Source of the DNA: Phycisphaerae bacterium
Lineage (GTDB): Bacteria > Planctomycetota > Phycisphaerae > UBA1845 > Fen-1342
Assembly: GCA_963675745.2 (NCBI GenBank)
Contig: CAXXWX010000016.1
Location: 192,001-256,000 of the forward strand
Length of the DNA: 64,000 nt
Direction: 5' to 3'
Part shown: in pieces, positions 28,377-38,346 of the stretch
Position numbering within the stretch: position 1 is the first letter of the stretch
How the letters are laid out: every line of letters starts with the position of its first letter
The notes under the pieces: generated by a model
What the model was told of the DNA's origin: nothing
The model's database searches: none
Seen by the model: only the letters and a program-made list of their open reading frames with translations
Translations under genes and position numbers: made by a program

Positions 28377-30581
28377 ATGGAGATTAAGTCACTCGTCCAA
28401 CTAATCGGCAGCGGCAACACCAAGACCGTCGAGGAGCACTGGCTTGAGCTGCTCGAAGCATCGGAGCTGACCGTGGCGCAGCTCTGCCGCTACGACGAGG
28501 TCCTCGCGGAGCTGGTGCGGGTGGAGAACACCCAACTGGCGGAGGAACTCGCCTGGGCGACTCTGGAGTCGCTGGGCAGTCGGTTCGCGCCGCAGGAGAT
28601 GCTGGAACTGGCGGGCAGGTTTCTGCTGGCGGTCGGCGATAGCCCCGAATTGCGCGCGGAGACCGGCGCACTATATCGCAAGACACACGGAGAGGTGGAA
28701 GGATTCGACGCCCTGCTGGCCGAAGCCGGCCTGGAGGAGGGGCGCCCCGTGCGGCGGGCGTTGCGCACGCTGGAGGTCTGCCTCGAAGTCCAGGAAGGGG
28801 CGTACCTCGCCGCCCGCGACGACGGCGGGGCTGCCCGCGTGGAGCGGATCGAGCGTTCCAAGTGGGAATACACCCTCGACACGGGAGCGAGATCACTCAA
28901 GCTCGGGGCGGTGCACCTCGCGGATCGCTATACCTTGGCCGAGCGCGCTGACTTCAAAGTGTTGCGGTGTTTCTTCCCGGAGGAGCTGGCCGAGCAGCTC
29001 AAGAACAACCCCGTAGATACGTTGATCGAGATCTGTCGGCGGCACGGGAACGAAATCGACAGCGACCGGCTGGAGCTGATGCTGGTGCCCGCGCTGGTGC
29101 CCGCGGAGGACTGGAAGAAGTGGTTCACCGCGGCGCGCGGGGCGTTGCGGCGCACGGCCCACGTGGCGATCGAAGGGCGCGGACCCTGGATCATCCGCTA
29201 CCATGAGGATGCCGTCTCGCCGGAGGATGATTTCCACGCCGCCTTCAAGACGAAGCGCACCCCGGCGGCGCGCTTCGCCGCCCTGGAGACCTACGCCCGC
29301 GAGTCTAAGCAACGCAAGCTAGAAGTGTCCGCCGAAGTGCTGTCCCAGGTAAGCACCTGGTTCGTCGAGCACGCCCGCCAGCGCACGCAGAAGCAGCGAG
29401 CGGACGCCGGGGAATACTGGATGTACGCCCGCCGCGCCGGTGAGCTTGCGGGGCTGGACGAGCCGATCGAGCAAGCCCGCGCCTGGGTGCGACAACTGCC
29501 CGACTTGCGCCCGGAGCTGACCAGGCTGGATGACGACGCCCTCATCCTGGCCTTCTGCAATACGGTGGTGGAGGCCCGCCCCGAAACCTGGCAGACGGAG
29601 CTGGCGGCCCTCTTCCCCCTGCTTCCCGGTTCGGCATGTGAGGCGACTGCCCAACGGCTGACAGAGGCAGGCTACGGGCCGGCGGACTGGGTTTTGGTGG
29701 TGAATCAGATCCTGGCTGACCCGGTCGCCAATTTCGACGCCCTGCTCTGGCTGTGGGATCGCCCTTCCAACTTAGTGGTAACCGAGGAACTGGCGCCTAC
29801 TACGATCCTCGCGCGTATCCTGGCGGTACTGGAGCAGGCGCAGCGACTGGAGGGCGTGACCAAGGAGCGAGCCAAGAAGATCGGAGCGCGCGCCCGGGCG
29901 GTCCTCGGGGCACGTAAGCGCGTACGCTTCGGCGAATGTCTCGTAACGCTCGAGGCGGGCTTGGCCCGGGCGTGGCGCACGCAGCTTAACCGCCTCGACA
30001 ACCTCGGCCGGGCGGTGCGCGAGGACCTGGTGCGCGACATCAACGACAAGTTCCCCGTGCTCTACCGCAAACCCAGCCGCGAACTCTGGGAACAGGACGA
30101 CGTGCTCTACGTGACTATGGCGGGCATGACGCGGCAGCAGGCGCAGATCGATGACCTGGTCAACGTGAAGATGCGCGAGAACGCCAAGGCGATCGGGTTG
30201 GCCGCGGAGAAGGGCGACCTCAGCGAGAACTCGGAGTACAAGTTCGCGTTGGAAGAGCGTGACCTCCTGCGGGCTCGCCTGGCCCAGATGAACATCGAGG
30301 TCGGAATAGCCCAGATCCTTTCCGAGGACTCCATCCCCACCAACCGCGTGGGCATCGGCACCCGGGTGGTGCTGGAGCGCATCACCGACCAGGAGCGACA
30401 CGATTTCTGCTTCCTGGGCCCGTGGGATACCAACCAGGAGAGACGCATCTTCAACTACAAGACGCCGCTGGCGCAGCGTTTTCTCGGTAGGAAGGTGGGA
30501 GATGAGGTGGAGCTCGACCTCGCAGAGGTCGCGGGCACCTATCGCATCGTCGAACTGCGGAACGAAATGCTGGAGCATTGA
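28377..30581 (+). CDS. greA: GreA/GreB-family transcription elongation factor with a long N-terminal extension
   Basis: C-terminal AAEKGDLSENSEY motif, LGPWD, TPLAQRFLGRKVGD; about 570-aa helical N-terminal region. Confidence 0.85.
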   Translation: MEIKSLVQLIGSGNTKTVEEHWLELLEASELTVAQLCRYDEVLAELVRVENTQLAEELAWATLESLGSRFAPQEMLELAGRFLLAVGDSPELRAETGALYRKTHGEVEGFDALLAEAGLEEGRPVRRALRTLEVCLEVQEGAYLAARDDGGAARVERIERSKWEYTLDTGARSLKLGAVHLADRYTLAERADFKVLRCFFPEELAEQLKNNPVDTLIEICRRHGNEIDSDRLELMLVPALVPAEDWKKWFTAARGALRRTAHVAIEGRGPWIIRYHEDAVSPEDDFHAAFKTKRTPAARFAALETYARESKQRKLEVSAEVLSQVSTWFVEHARQRTQKQRADAGEYWMYARRAGELAGLDEPIEQARAWVRQLPDLRPELTRLDDDALILAFCNTVVEARPETWQTELAALFPLLPGSACEATAQRLTEAGYGPADWVLVVNQILADPVANFDALLWLWDRPSNLVVTEELAPTTILARILAVLEQAQRLEGVTKERAKKIGARARAVLGARKRVRFGECLVTLEAGLARAWRTQLNRLDNLGRAVREDLVRDINDKFPVLYRKPSRELWEQDDVLYVTMAGMTRQQAQIDDLVNVKMRENAKAIGLAAEKGDLSENSEYKFALEERDLLRARLAQMNIEVGIAQILSEDSIPTNRVGIGTRVVLERITDQERHDFCFLGPWDTNQERRIFNYKTPLAQRFLGRKVGDEVELDLAEVAGTYRIVELRNEMLEH

Positions 30582-30622
30582 CGCCCGGCAGGATGGCACG
30601 GTCCGGTTCGGCAGGGTGGCAC

Positions 30623-30680
30623 GGTCCAGCTCCGCTGGGCCGTGTGATAGCGTGTAGCGGCCGACCCCCGTGGCGACCAA
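30623..30680. repeat. REP-like units GGGTGGCACGGTCCAGCTCCGCTGGGCCGTG (reverse copy about 36417-36447) and GTGTAGCGGCCG-type unit (copies about 50369-50396 and 63800-63828)
   Basis: Direct sequence matches between intergenic regions. Confidence 0.7.
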
Positions 30681-30833
30681 CGGATTACGAGAGACCTTCG
30701 AACCTTTACGTCCGCCCCAGCAGGCGGACACTACACAAGGCAATCTCCTGTCATAGGCCCTTGACTCGCTGCCTGGCTTGCGTGATACCGGCGTGCTCTT
30801 GCGAAGGCACGCTGAGAATAAAGGAACACTCCC

Positions 30834-31898
30834 ATGCACGCCGCGATCATCGGTTTGCCGCAATCGGGCAAGAGCACCGTCTTCGCCGCCGTGACCGGCA
30901 AGACCGTCGATCCCTATGCCCCACCGGAGCCGCGCCGCGCCCTGGCCCACGTGCCCGATCCCAGGCTCGAGTTCCTGGCTCAGCTCTGCAACCCCAAGAA
31001 GGTCACCGAGGAGACCATGGAGTTTCTCGACGTACCCGGCTTCTCCCTGGATACGCCTAAGGGCCAGGATGATTGGCGGCGGATGTTGCCCACGGTGCGG
31101 CTGGCTGATCTGCTGGTAGTCGTGGTGCGGGCGTTTGAAACTGAGTCGGTCCCAGCCTACCGAGGTCGGATCGATCCCGTGGCTGACTTCGCGGAGGTCT
31201 GGGATGAGCTGATCTTCGCCGACCTGGAGACGGTTACCAACCGGATGGCCAAGGTCGAGGCCGCCCTCAAGAAACCCTCCAAGTCCCACGACGCCGAGAA
31301 GCATGAGCTGGCCCTGCTGACGCGCTGCCGCGAGGCCCTCGAAGAAGGCACGCCCTTGTCAACAGTGATCACTTCCGAAGACGACCGCAAGCTGGTGCGC
31401 AGCTTCGCCTTTCTAACCGAACTACCGATCGTCTGTGTGCGGAACGTGGCGGACGATCAGGTGGCAACAGCTACCCCGCTGGAACTGGAGCACGTGTCGG
31501 CATCTCTGGTGCTGAGCGCAGAGATTGAAGCCGAAATCAGAGCTCTTGATGAGAAGGATCGGGCGGCCTTTGTTGCTGATCTCGGCTTGCCGGAGCCCGC
31601 CCGCGCCCGTCTGATCCACGCCTGCTATCAGGCCGGTGGGTTAATCTCGTTCTTGACTATGGGGCCTGCCGAGGTGCGCGCCTGGTCCGTGCCCAAAGGC
31701 GCGACCGCGGTCGAAGCCGCCGGCACAATCCACACTGACTTAGCCCGTGGGTTCATTAGAGCCGAGACCATCGCCTACGACGAACTCGTCGCTCAGGGCG
31801 ATATGAAGAACGCCAAGGCGGCCGGCAAGGTGCGCAAAGAGGGAAAGAACTACATAGTCCAGGACGGAGACGTAATGCTGATCCTGGCAAGCACGTAG
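30834..31898 (+). CDS. ychF: YchF/Ola1-like P-loop ATPase (divergent)
   Basis: GLPQSGKST, VPDPRL, ELIFADL, IHTDLARGFIRAE, EGKNYIVQDGDV. Confidence 0.8.
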   Translation: MHAAIIGLPQSGKSTVFAAVTGKTVDPYAPPEPRRALAHVPDPRLEFLAQLCNPKKVTEETMEFLDVPGFSLDTPKGQDDWRRMLPTVRLADLLVVVVRAFETESVPAYRGRIDPVADFAEVWDELIFADLETVTNRMAKVEAALKKPSKSHDAEKHELALLTRCREALEEGTPLSTVITSEDDRKLVRSFAFLTELPIVCVRNVADDQVATATPLELEHVSASLVLSAEIEAEIRALDEKDRAAFVADLGLPEPARARLIHACYQAGGLISFLTMGPAEVRAWSVPKGATAVEAAGTIHTDLARGFIRAETIAYDELVAQGDMKNAKAAGKVRKEGKNYIVQDGDVMLILAST

Positions 31899-32007
31899 GG
31901 TGCGTCCCGGACGCACCGGTTGAAGGATTGGCGATTGCAGATTGTGGATTGGCGATTGGGGGGTAGGTAGAAGTAACAGACCGGTTCCGCAAGTTCCTTC
32001 TGCATTA

Positions 32008-33103
32008 TTGACCATTGAACAGACAATGTAACATCTCACAATCCGAGCTTTGCGTGCGGGAAGAACGACCGCAACAATGGCTGTTGACCTCGGCTCCGAC
32101 GAAGCGATCGGCAGATGGCTCGACCGAGCGCTCGGATGTCATCGGGGATGTAGTTGGCCAGATCGTCATACTTGGTGTGTTTCCAGACCTGTTCGTCGGG
32201 GTTGAGTTCGGGAGCGTACGCCGGCAGCCACTCGAGCTGAACGCGACGCGGAAACCGGCGAAGCAGCCGTCGAGCCCCCGAACGGTGAACCGACCACCGA
32301 TCGATGACCAGGATGATCCGCCGTTGCAGACGACGCAGCAGCGTTTCCACGAAACGCTCAAAATCATCGGTGACGATGTTGTGATCGTGGATGTCGAAGT
32401 AGAGTCCGAGCCGCCGGCGTTTGGCGGACACACTGATGGCAGATATAACCGAGAGCCGATCGCGACGGTCCCAACTGTAATGAATGGGAGTTTGGCCTTG
32501 GGGAGCCCAGGTGCGGCGGACCACCGGTTGCAGCATGAAGCCGCTTTCGTCGAGAAAAACAATGCTACGCCCGCGGCGACGCGCGTTTTTTTATGCGTGG
32601 CCAGTCCTGCTTCCGCCAACGTTCGATGGCCTTCTCGTTGCGTTCTCGGGCTCGACGTTCGGGCTTCTGGCAGCTCCAGCCCATCCCCCGCAGGACGTGC
32701 CACACGCCGGAGGGGTCGTAGCGGACCCCGAAGTGCTTGCGGATCACCTCGGCCACCCGCTTCAGCGTCCACAACTCCGTGTGATAGCCATGCTTGCCCG
32801 GGCCTCGCTTCAGCAACCGGATCAACTTGCGGCGTTGTTTCAACGAGAGCTTGGGCGTACGTCCCGGATGGGGCTTGGCGCACAGCCCGTCCTCCCCTCG
32901 TTTCTCGTAGGCCTGGCGCCAACGAGTTACGGCTGCGGGCGAGGCCCCGACCATGCCCGCCACCTCCCGGACGCCTCGGCCCTTGTCTAGCAGCGCGATG
33001 GCTCTCCGTCGACGCCGCTCCAGTTCTTCGGCTGTACCTGTGGGTCTCATACATAGGAGTATCGGCCAAACAGCGTCTGTTGCGTTAGCTATTCAATGGT
33101 CAA
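32008..33103 (-). mobile_element. IS630-family element, copy 2 (1096 bp, inverted relative to copy 1)
   Basis: Same IRs, TA duplication at 32006-32007 and 33104-33105; ORF translations identical to copy 1. Confidence 0.96.
32036..33050 (-). CDS. IS630 transposase in two frames
   Basis: Identical translation to 13760-14774. Confidence 0.9.
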
Positions 33104-33190
33104 TAGCTATTCGACACTCGCTATTAGCCAGGTGCGTCCGGGACGCACCCTACTTCTGCATGGCGGCGCTGCGCTTGGCCATGCCACCCG

Positions 33191-34723
33191 ATGTCCGAAC
33201 ATGACTGCAACTCCGCGACCGGTCACATGCGACTATTAACACGACATCCGATAATACGGCTTCTATTATTCTCGGTATTTTTGCCCGGCTGCGGCGGGCC
33301 GCTCTATCGCAATCAACCAATGAAGAGCTACGACCCGCAGGCGGGGTATCGCTTCGAGAACCTCGAACCCGGGCCGGGCAATACGGACGAGCTGTTCGTC
33401 TGCCTGACCTTCTCCGGCGGGGGCACCCGCGCGGCCGCGTTCTCCTATGGCGTCTTGCAGGCATTACAGGAAACGGTGATCGGCAACCCCCCGGCCGAGG
33501 CAGCAGGTGGCCCGGCGCGCAGCCCCCAAGTCCAGGCCGATGGCGCCCGCATGTTGGACGAGGTGGACGTAATCTCGGCGGTGTCGGGCGGCTCCTTCAC
33601 GGCGATGGGCTATGGCCTGTGGCGCGACCGGCTTTTCGACGGCCGCTTCGAGCAGCGCTTCCTGCGCCGCAACGTGCAGTGGGATCTGCTAGTCGAACTC
33701 TTCCGAATTCGCAACCTTTTCCGCGTCCCGTTCATTCTGCTCGATCGGATCGACGTGGCCGCGTACTATTACGATGAGCGAATCTTCCAGGGCAGCACCT
33801 ATGCCGATCTGCGCGCCGGCAATCGCCGCCCCTTCATCGTAGTGAACGCCACCGACATGGCCCGGCGCCAGCGCTTCGAGTTCACGCAGGACGACTTCTA
33901 CTTGCTGGGATCGGACTTGGAGCAACTTCCGGTCGGCTGGGCCGTGGCCGCGTCTTCCGCGTTTCCGGGATTGCTGAGCCCGCTGCGGTTCAAGTATTAT
34001 CCCGGGCCGCCGCTGTCGGCCGCGGTCGCGGCTACGCTCGGTGCTCCGCCCGAGCAGCAGAGTGCGCGGCGCGTACGGTGGGCTCATAGCCTGCTCCCCG
34101 AAGACGTTCCGTACCCACCTGATACTTATGACATTGACCCCCAAGCCCATCGTTACATTTACCTATTAGACGGCGGCCTGTCCGACAACCTGGGTCTCGC
34201 CTACTGTATTGAATCGAACGACAAGGGCGCGATTCGCCGGCTTCTGGAGCAGGGTCGCATCAAGCGCCTGGTTGTAATAATAGTGGACGCCGCCAACGAC
34301 CCGCCGGAAGACCTGGAAAGCAAGCGAAACGCCCCCGGCTTGCTGGACGTGTTCATTCGCACGGGCACCACGGGCATCGACCGCCACAGCGCCGCCCTTG
34401 CCGGGTTAGTGAAATACGCATTAACGGAAGCCCAGCCCCGCACCCTGAGAGCCTACGAAGAGTGTGCCGAGGCAATGGAACAGCACTGCCCCGAGGCCAC
34501 TCCGCCGGAGCCTCCGGTCGATATCCTGATCGAGCCATACGTAATAGACGTGAACTTCAACCGCGTCCCGGACGAACACACCCGCCGCAGTCTCTTCTCG
34601 ATGATTACGAGTTTCTTCCTCCCCACGCAAGACGTCCAAACCCTGATAGACGCCGGGCGGGAGGTGCTGCTGGAGCATCCGGAGTATCAACGGCTCGTGC
34701 GAGACCTGACAGCGGAGCGGTGA
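33191..34723 (+). CDS. Patatin-like phospholipase, probable lipoprotein
   Basis: SGGGTRAA, AVSGGS nucleophile, DGGLSDN; lipobox-like LPGC; start may be the later Met (MRLL). Confidence 0.85.
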   Translation: MSEHDCNSATGHMRLLTRHPIIRLLLFSVFLPGCGGPLYRNQPMKSYDPQAGYRFENLEPGPGNTDELFVCLTFSGGGTRAAAFSYGVLQALQETVIGNPPAEAAGGPARSPQVQADGARMLDEVDVISAVSGGSFTAMGYGLWRDRLFDGRFEQRFLRRNVQWDLLVELFRIRNLFRVPFILLDRIDVAAYYYDERIFQGSTYADLRAGNRRPFIVVNATDMARRQRFEFTQDDFYLLGSDLEQLPVGWAVAASSAFPGLLSPLRFKYYPGPPLSAAVAATLGAPPEQQSARRVRWAHSLLPEDVPYPPDTYDIDPQAHRYIYLLDGGLSDNLGLAYCIESNDKGAIRRLLEQGRIKRLVVIIVDAANDPPEDLESKRNAPGLLDVFIRTGTTGIDRHSAALAGLVKYALTEAQPRTLRAYEECAEAMEQHCPEATPPEPPVDILIEPYVIDVNFNRVPDEHTRRSLFSMITSFFLPTQDVQTLIDAGREVLLEHPEYQRLVRDLTAER

Positions 34724-34751
34724 AGCAAGGGCTGAGGACTGCCCTATATCA

Positions 34752-35369
34752 CTACGGATCATCCCCGACAGCGCCCCAAGCCGCCTCTTGAACCTGGCGC
34801 TCAGACTCAGAGGTACGCAGCGCCGCGACATGCGCTCGATGCTCCTTGAGCAAGCCGCCTGCATAGTCCTTGCGGTATCGCAGCACCGTTACGCGCGCCA
34901 TGCCCGCCTTCGGATGTTGCGCGTTCTCGGGGAGTCCCCGGCCAGTGACCCACAGAACCTCCTGGTCGTGAAGCCACCATGTCTCAAACCACCAAGCAGG
35001 GTCACCCTCCCGTGCCGACTGCCGCCACCTTGAGGACTCGACAGTTGGGGTGGGCGGAACCGAGAAAGTATACTCAGCGGGCGACCACCCCAAGCCGAGG
35101 AGGTGTTGCTCCATTGCACCCAAGAATCCTGTCGCAGGGAAGCAGGTACCAAGATCGTAGTCTACAAACTCCGCTATATCGTTCTTGCCCGGCAAGCCGA
35201 CGTTTAGAGCTAGCTTGTTTTCGAATCCGGGAACGCGAAAGACAGGGTCGAGAGTCTTGATATCAGCAGGATCTGCAGCTTCGACCGACGCGGGTTGCGG
35301 TCTTCGGCACGATGCCAGAGCGAAAAGAACGGCTGCGGCAGTGATCGTCAGGGCCCCCAACGTCTTCAT
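34752..35369 (-). CDS. Hypothetical lipoprotein
   Basis: MKTLGALTITAAAVLFALASC lipobox. Confidence 0.65.
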   Translation of the reverse strand: MKTLGALTITAAAVLFALASCRRPQPASVEAADPADIKTLDPVFRVPGFENKLALNVGLPGKNDIAEFVDYDLGTCFPATGFLGAMEQHLLGLGWSPAEYTFSVPPTPTVESSRWRQSAREGDPAWWFETWWLHDQEVLWVTGRGLPENAQHPKAGMARVTVLRYRKDYAGGLLKEHRAHVAALRTSESERQVQEAAWGAVGDDP

Positions 35370-35439
35370 AAGACTCGCCTGCGTACCTGTATTCCTGCAC
35401 TGCTCAAGAGCAGTGGCACACCGAGAGTGGGCCGCGCTG

Positions 35440-35967
35440 CTACTTCATCCGCTCCAGCAGGGCCTTGAGAAACCCCTTGACCAGAGGCTCCGGCACGTCG
35501 CCGATGGGCGAGGCCATTTCGTCCACGATGCGGCCCTGGACGTAGTCGCGGGTGCGGTGGCGGACGCGACGTAGTTGGCGGATGAGCTCCTCCACGGTTT
35601 CCAGCTTCGAGTCGCGCATAGCCACAACGTAGCGCTCGACCATCCCGGCCAGGTCGGCTACCTCGCCCGGCGGCGGTGCGGGCCCTGCCCCCCCACCGGC
35701 ACCACCTGCACCCGGGCCCTCCGAATCCTTGGGTGCGTCGCGCGAAAGCTCCGCGGTGTACGCAGCCGCCTCCGCCTTGAGTCGCTCCTCGCGTTCGGCG
35801 TCACCTTCGTCCAGCGGGGCGAGGCCGAAGCCCTCCTCATCCTCCGGCTCGGTCGAGGGGATGTAGACCAGGTTCTTGCAGTAGGGGCACTTGCCCTGCT
35901 TCCCCCCCGCATCGTCGGGGGCCTTGATGAGCTTCTGACAGACGGGGCAGTTGAGTTCAATCGTCAC
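35440..35967 (-). CDS. Hypothetical protein with N-terminal zinc ribbon
   Basis: GTG start after GGAGG; CPVC...GKQGKCPYC; the upstream part of the called ORF is repeat sequence. Confidence 0.75.
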   Translation of the reverse strand: MTIELNCPVCQKLIKAPDDAGGKQGKCPYCKNLVYIPSTEPEDEEGFGLAPLDEGDAEREERLKAEAAAYTAELSRDAPKDSEGPGAGGAGGGAGPAPPPGEVADLAGMVERYVVAMRDSKLETVEELIRQLRRVRHRTRDYVQGRIVDEMASPIGDVPEPLVKGFLKALLERMK

Positions 35968-36096
35968 GAGCGCCTCCCTTTCCTGCGTCTTTCGGTTGAC
36001 AGTCCTCATCGACCGCCACAACGGTGTGCCGCTGCTCTTGGGCAGTGCCGACAGAACGCCACGCCAAGTCCAAAGGACCTGAACCACACCGACCGT

Positions 36097-36399
36097 GGGT
36101 GGCATGGCCAAGCGTAGCGCCGCCATGCAGACGTAGGGTGCGTCCCGGACGCACCGGGCTAACAGCGAATGGCGAAGAGCGAATGCAGAGGGCACTTGCA
36201 GAACCTATCTGCTACTTCAAACTGCTCCCCCATCGACAGTCCACATTCTGCAATCTCCAATCCCTCAACAGGTGCGTCCGGGACGCACCCTACTTGCTAC
36301 CGGCACGCCACACATGCCGGCGCTCGACTTCGTTGAGCTTGGGCATGCCACCCAGACCGGGCATCTACATGCTCACCCTGCGGGATGAGCTTGGCACCC
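36097..36399. repeat. Composite REP cluster
   Basis: GGGTGGCATGG...CATGCCACCC outer arms, inner inverted GTAG-REP pair, heptamers; tail shared with 50221-50265. Confidence 0.8.
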
Positions 36400-36468
36400 C
36401 GCTCCGGTATACGTCCACGGCCCAGCGGAGCTGGACCGTGCCACCCGTTCCGGTGGGCGGTGTCCACC

Positions 36469-37800
36469 TTACTGTACGGCCGCCCGCGCGCGACGGGCCC
36501 GAAAGATCAATCGTATCGGGACCTCCTCGAAGGGCAACCGCTCCCGGAAACGGTTCAGCAAGAAACGCTCAAAGCCCGGAGTCACCAACTGCGGCGCGTT
36601 CACAAACACCACGATCGTCGGCGGGCCGGTCGAGACCTGCGTGGCGTAATAGAACTTCGGGGCGCGGTGACCGTGCTTCGGGCGCGGCGCGTTCTGCTCC
36701 AATGCCTCCCGCAACACCTGGTTGAGCTTCCCCGTGCCAACCCGCAGGTGAGACTGCTTGAACAGCGCGGCCGCCACGTCGATCGTCGAGTCCAGGTTGC
36801 GCCCGGACACAGCCGAGGTGAAGCTGACCGGCACGTAATCCAACCCACCCAATACCTTATCGAGATACTCACCGTACTCCGTCGTGCTCGTGCGGTCCTT
36901 GGCGAGATCCCACTTGTTAACCACCAGCACGCAGGGCCTGTACTCCGCCGTGATGATCTGCGCGAGCTTCTTGTCCACCTGGCCGATGGGCACGGTCGAG
37001 TCGATCAGCATCAACACCACGTCCGCCCGGCGGATCGAAGCTTCCGCGCGCGTGAGCGCGTAGAACTCGATGCTGTCGGCAATCTTGCTCTTTTTGCGCA
37101 CGCCCGCGGTGTCGATGGCCACCAGGGTGCGGCCATCCTTCTCGAAACGCACGTCGATGCTGTCACGCGTGGTACCGGGGATCTCGCTGACAATCACGCG
37201 CTCCTCGCCCGCCAGCGCGTTGATGAAGGTGCTCTTGCCGGCGTTGCGCTTGCCCACTAGGGCGAGCTTGATGGCCGGGTTCTCGGGCACCTCCTCGCTC
37301 AACCCGGCCAGGGTCTCCGCCAGCATTTCGCGCAGCGCCCGCCGCCCTAATCCCTGCAAGGCGCTGATCGGCATGGGCTCGCCATAGCCCAACGAGACGA
37401 ACTCGCCGATCCCGTCACCGAGGTGCTCCTCATCCACCTTGTTCGCCAGCAGTTGGATTCGTCCGGCACAACGGCGGAGCAGCTCGGCCGTCGCGCGGTC
37501 GAGCGGCGTGAGCCCCTCGCGCCCATCGACCACGAAGAGAATCAGATGTGCCTGCGCGATGGCGTAGGAAATCTGCCGCTCGATGTGGCTGGACAGGTCG
37601 TCGCGATCGACCACGCCGTAGCCGCCGGTATCGACCAGCTCGAAGTAGACATCGTCGAGCTGGCAGATGGTACTGACGCGGTCGCGCGTAACTCCGGCCG
37701 TGGGCTCGACGATGGAGGTCCGCCGGCCCGCCAGCACGTTGAACAGGCTGCTCTTGCCTACATTGGGCCGACCCACTATCGCCACCACCGGAAGCGCCAT
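36469..37800 (-). CDS. der: Ribosome biogenesis GTPase Der
   Basis: Two G domains (GRPNVGKSS / GKRNAGKST, DTGG / DTAG, NKVD / NKWD) plus KH-like C-terminus. Confidence 0.97.
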   Translation of the reverse strand: MALPVVAIVGRPNVGKSSLFNVLAGRRTSIVEPTAGVTRDRVSTICQLDDVYFELVDTGGYGVVDRDDLSSHIERQISYAIAQAHLILFVVDGREGLTPLDRATAELLRRCAGRIQLLANKVDEEHLGDGIGEFVSLGYGEPMPISALQGLGRRALREMLAETLAGLSEEVPENPAIKLALVGKRNAGKSTFINALAGEERVIVSEIPGTTRDSIDVRFEKDGRTLVAIDTAGVRKKSKIADSIEFYALTRAEASIRRADVVLMLIDSTVPIGQVDKKLAQIITAEYRPCVLVVNKWDLAKDRTSTTEYGEYLDKVLGGLDYVPVSFTSAVSGRNLDSTIDVAAALFKQSHLRVGTGKLNQVLREALEQNAPRPKHGHRAPKFYYATQVSTGPPTIVVFVNAPQLVTPGFERFLLNRFRERLPFEEVPIRLIFRARRARAAVQ

Positions 37801-38346
37801 AACAACCTCAACCTGATTAAGCCCGCTACTACCGTCGCCGTCCGTACACCGGGCCCTGCCCGCCCATCGAGCGTACCTCGATCGAGCACGGATCCGGACA
37901 CCGTGGGCTTATACCATAACCTGGGCTGGATTTCCCCCCTGGAAGACTCGTCACGCCCTGAGCGTTCCCGCGGCACTGCCTCCGCCAGCCCCCTGGGTCG
38001 AGTTGAGAGCACCGCACGACATCAGAGGCGTCGCCAGGACCTGCGGGTACAGGTGGCAGGAAGCGAACGAGGGCGCCGGGGGGTCGGCGCCCTCGTTGGG
38101 TTAAGTGCGGGCACCGCATGGACGTCGATGACCCGTAGACTAACTCGTTCCGGGCGTGCACCTGAGTGTCAGGTTCGCCCGGTCATACGCTGTCGGCGCG
38201 GAGTAAGTGGAACCATCTTCAGCTCACCCCTGCCAGCGCAAGGGTTGAGACACCCTGATCCACTACCACCGGCCGCGTGTCAGTCGCCCGGGCGGGGCAA
38301 CGGGTGCCTGCCCCGCCCGGCGACCTATCGTAGGATTCTATTTCGA

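Larger units (their letters stand above)
31895..33189. repeat. GTAG-REP/heptamer composite repeat interrupted by IS630 copy 2
   Basis: Inverted GTAGGGTGCGTCCCGGACGCACC pair with heptamers; an intact relative lies in reverse orientation at 36097-36353. Confidence 0.75.
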
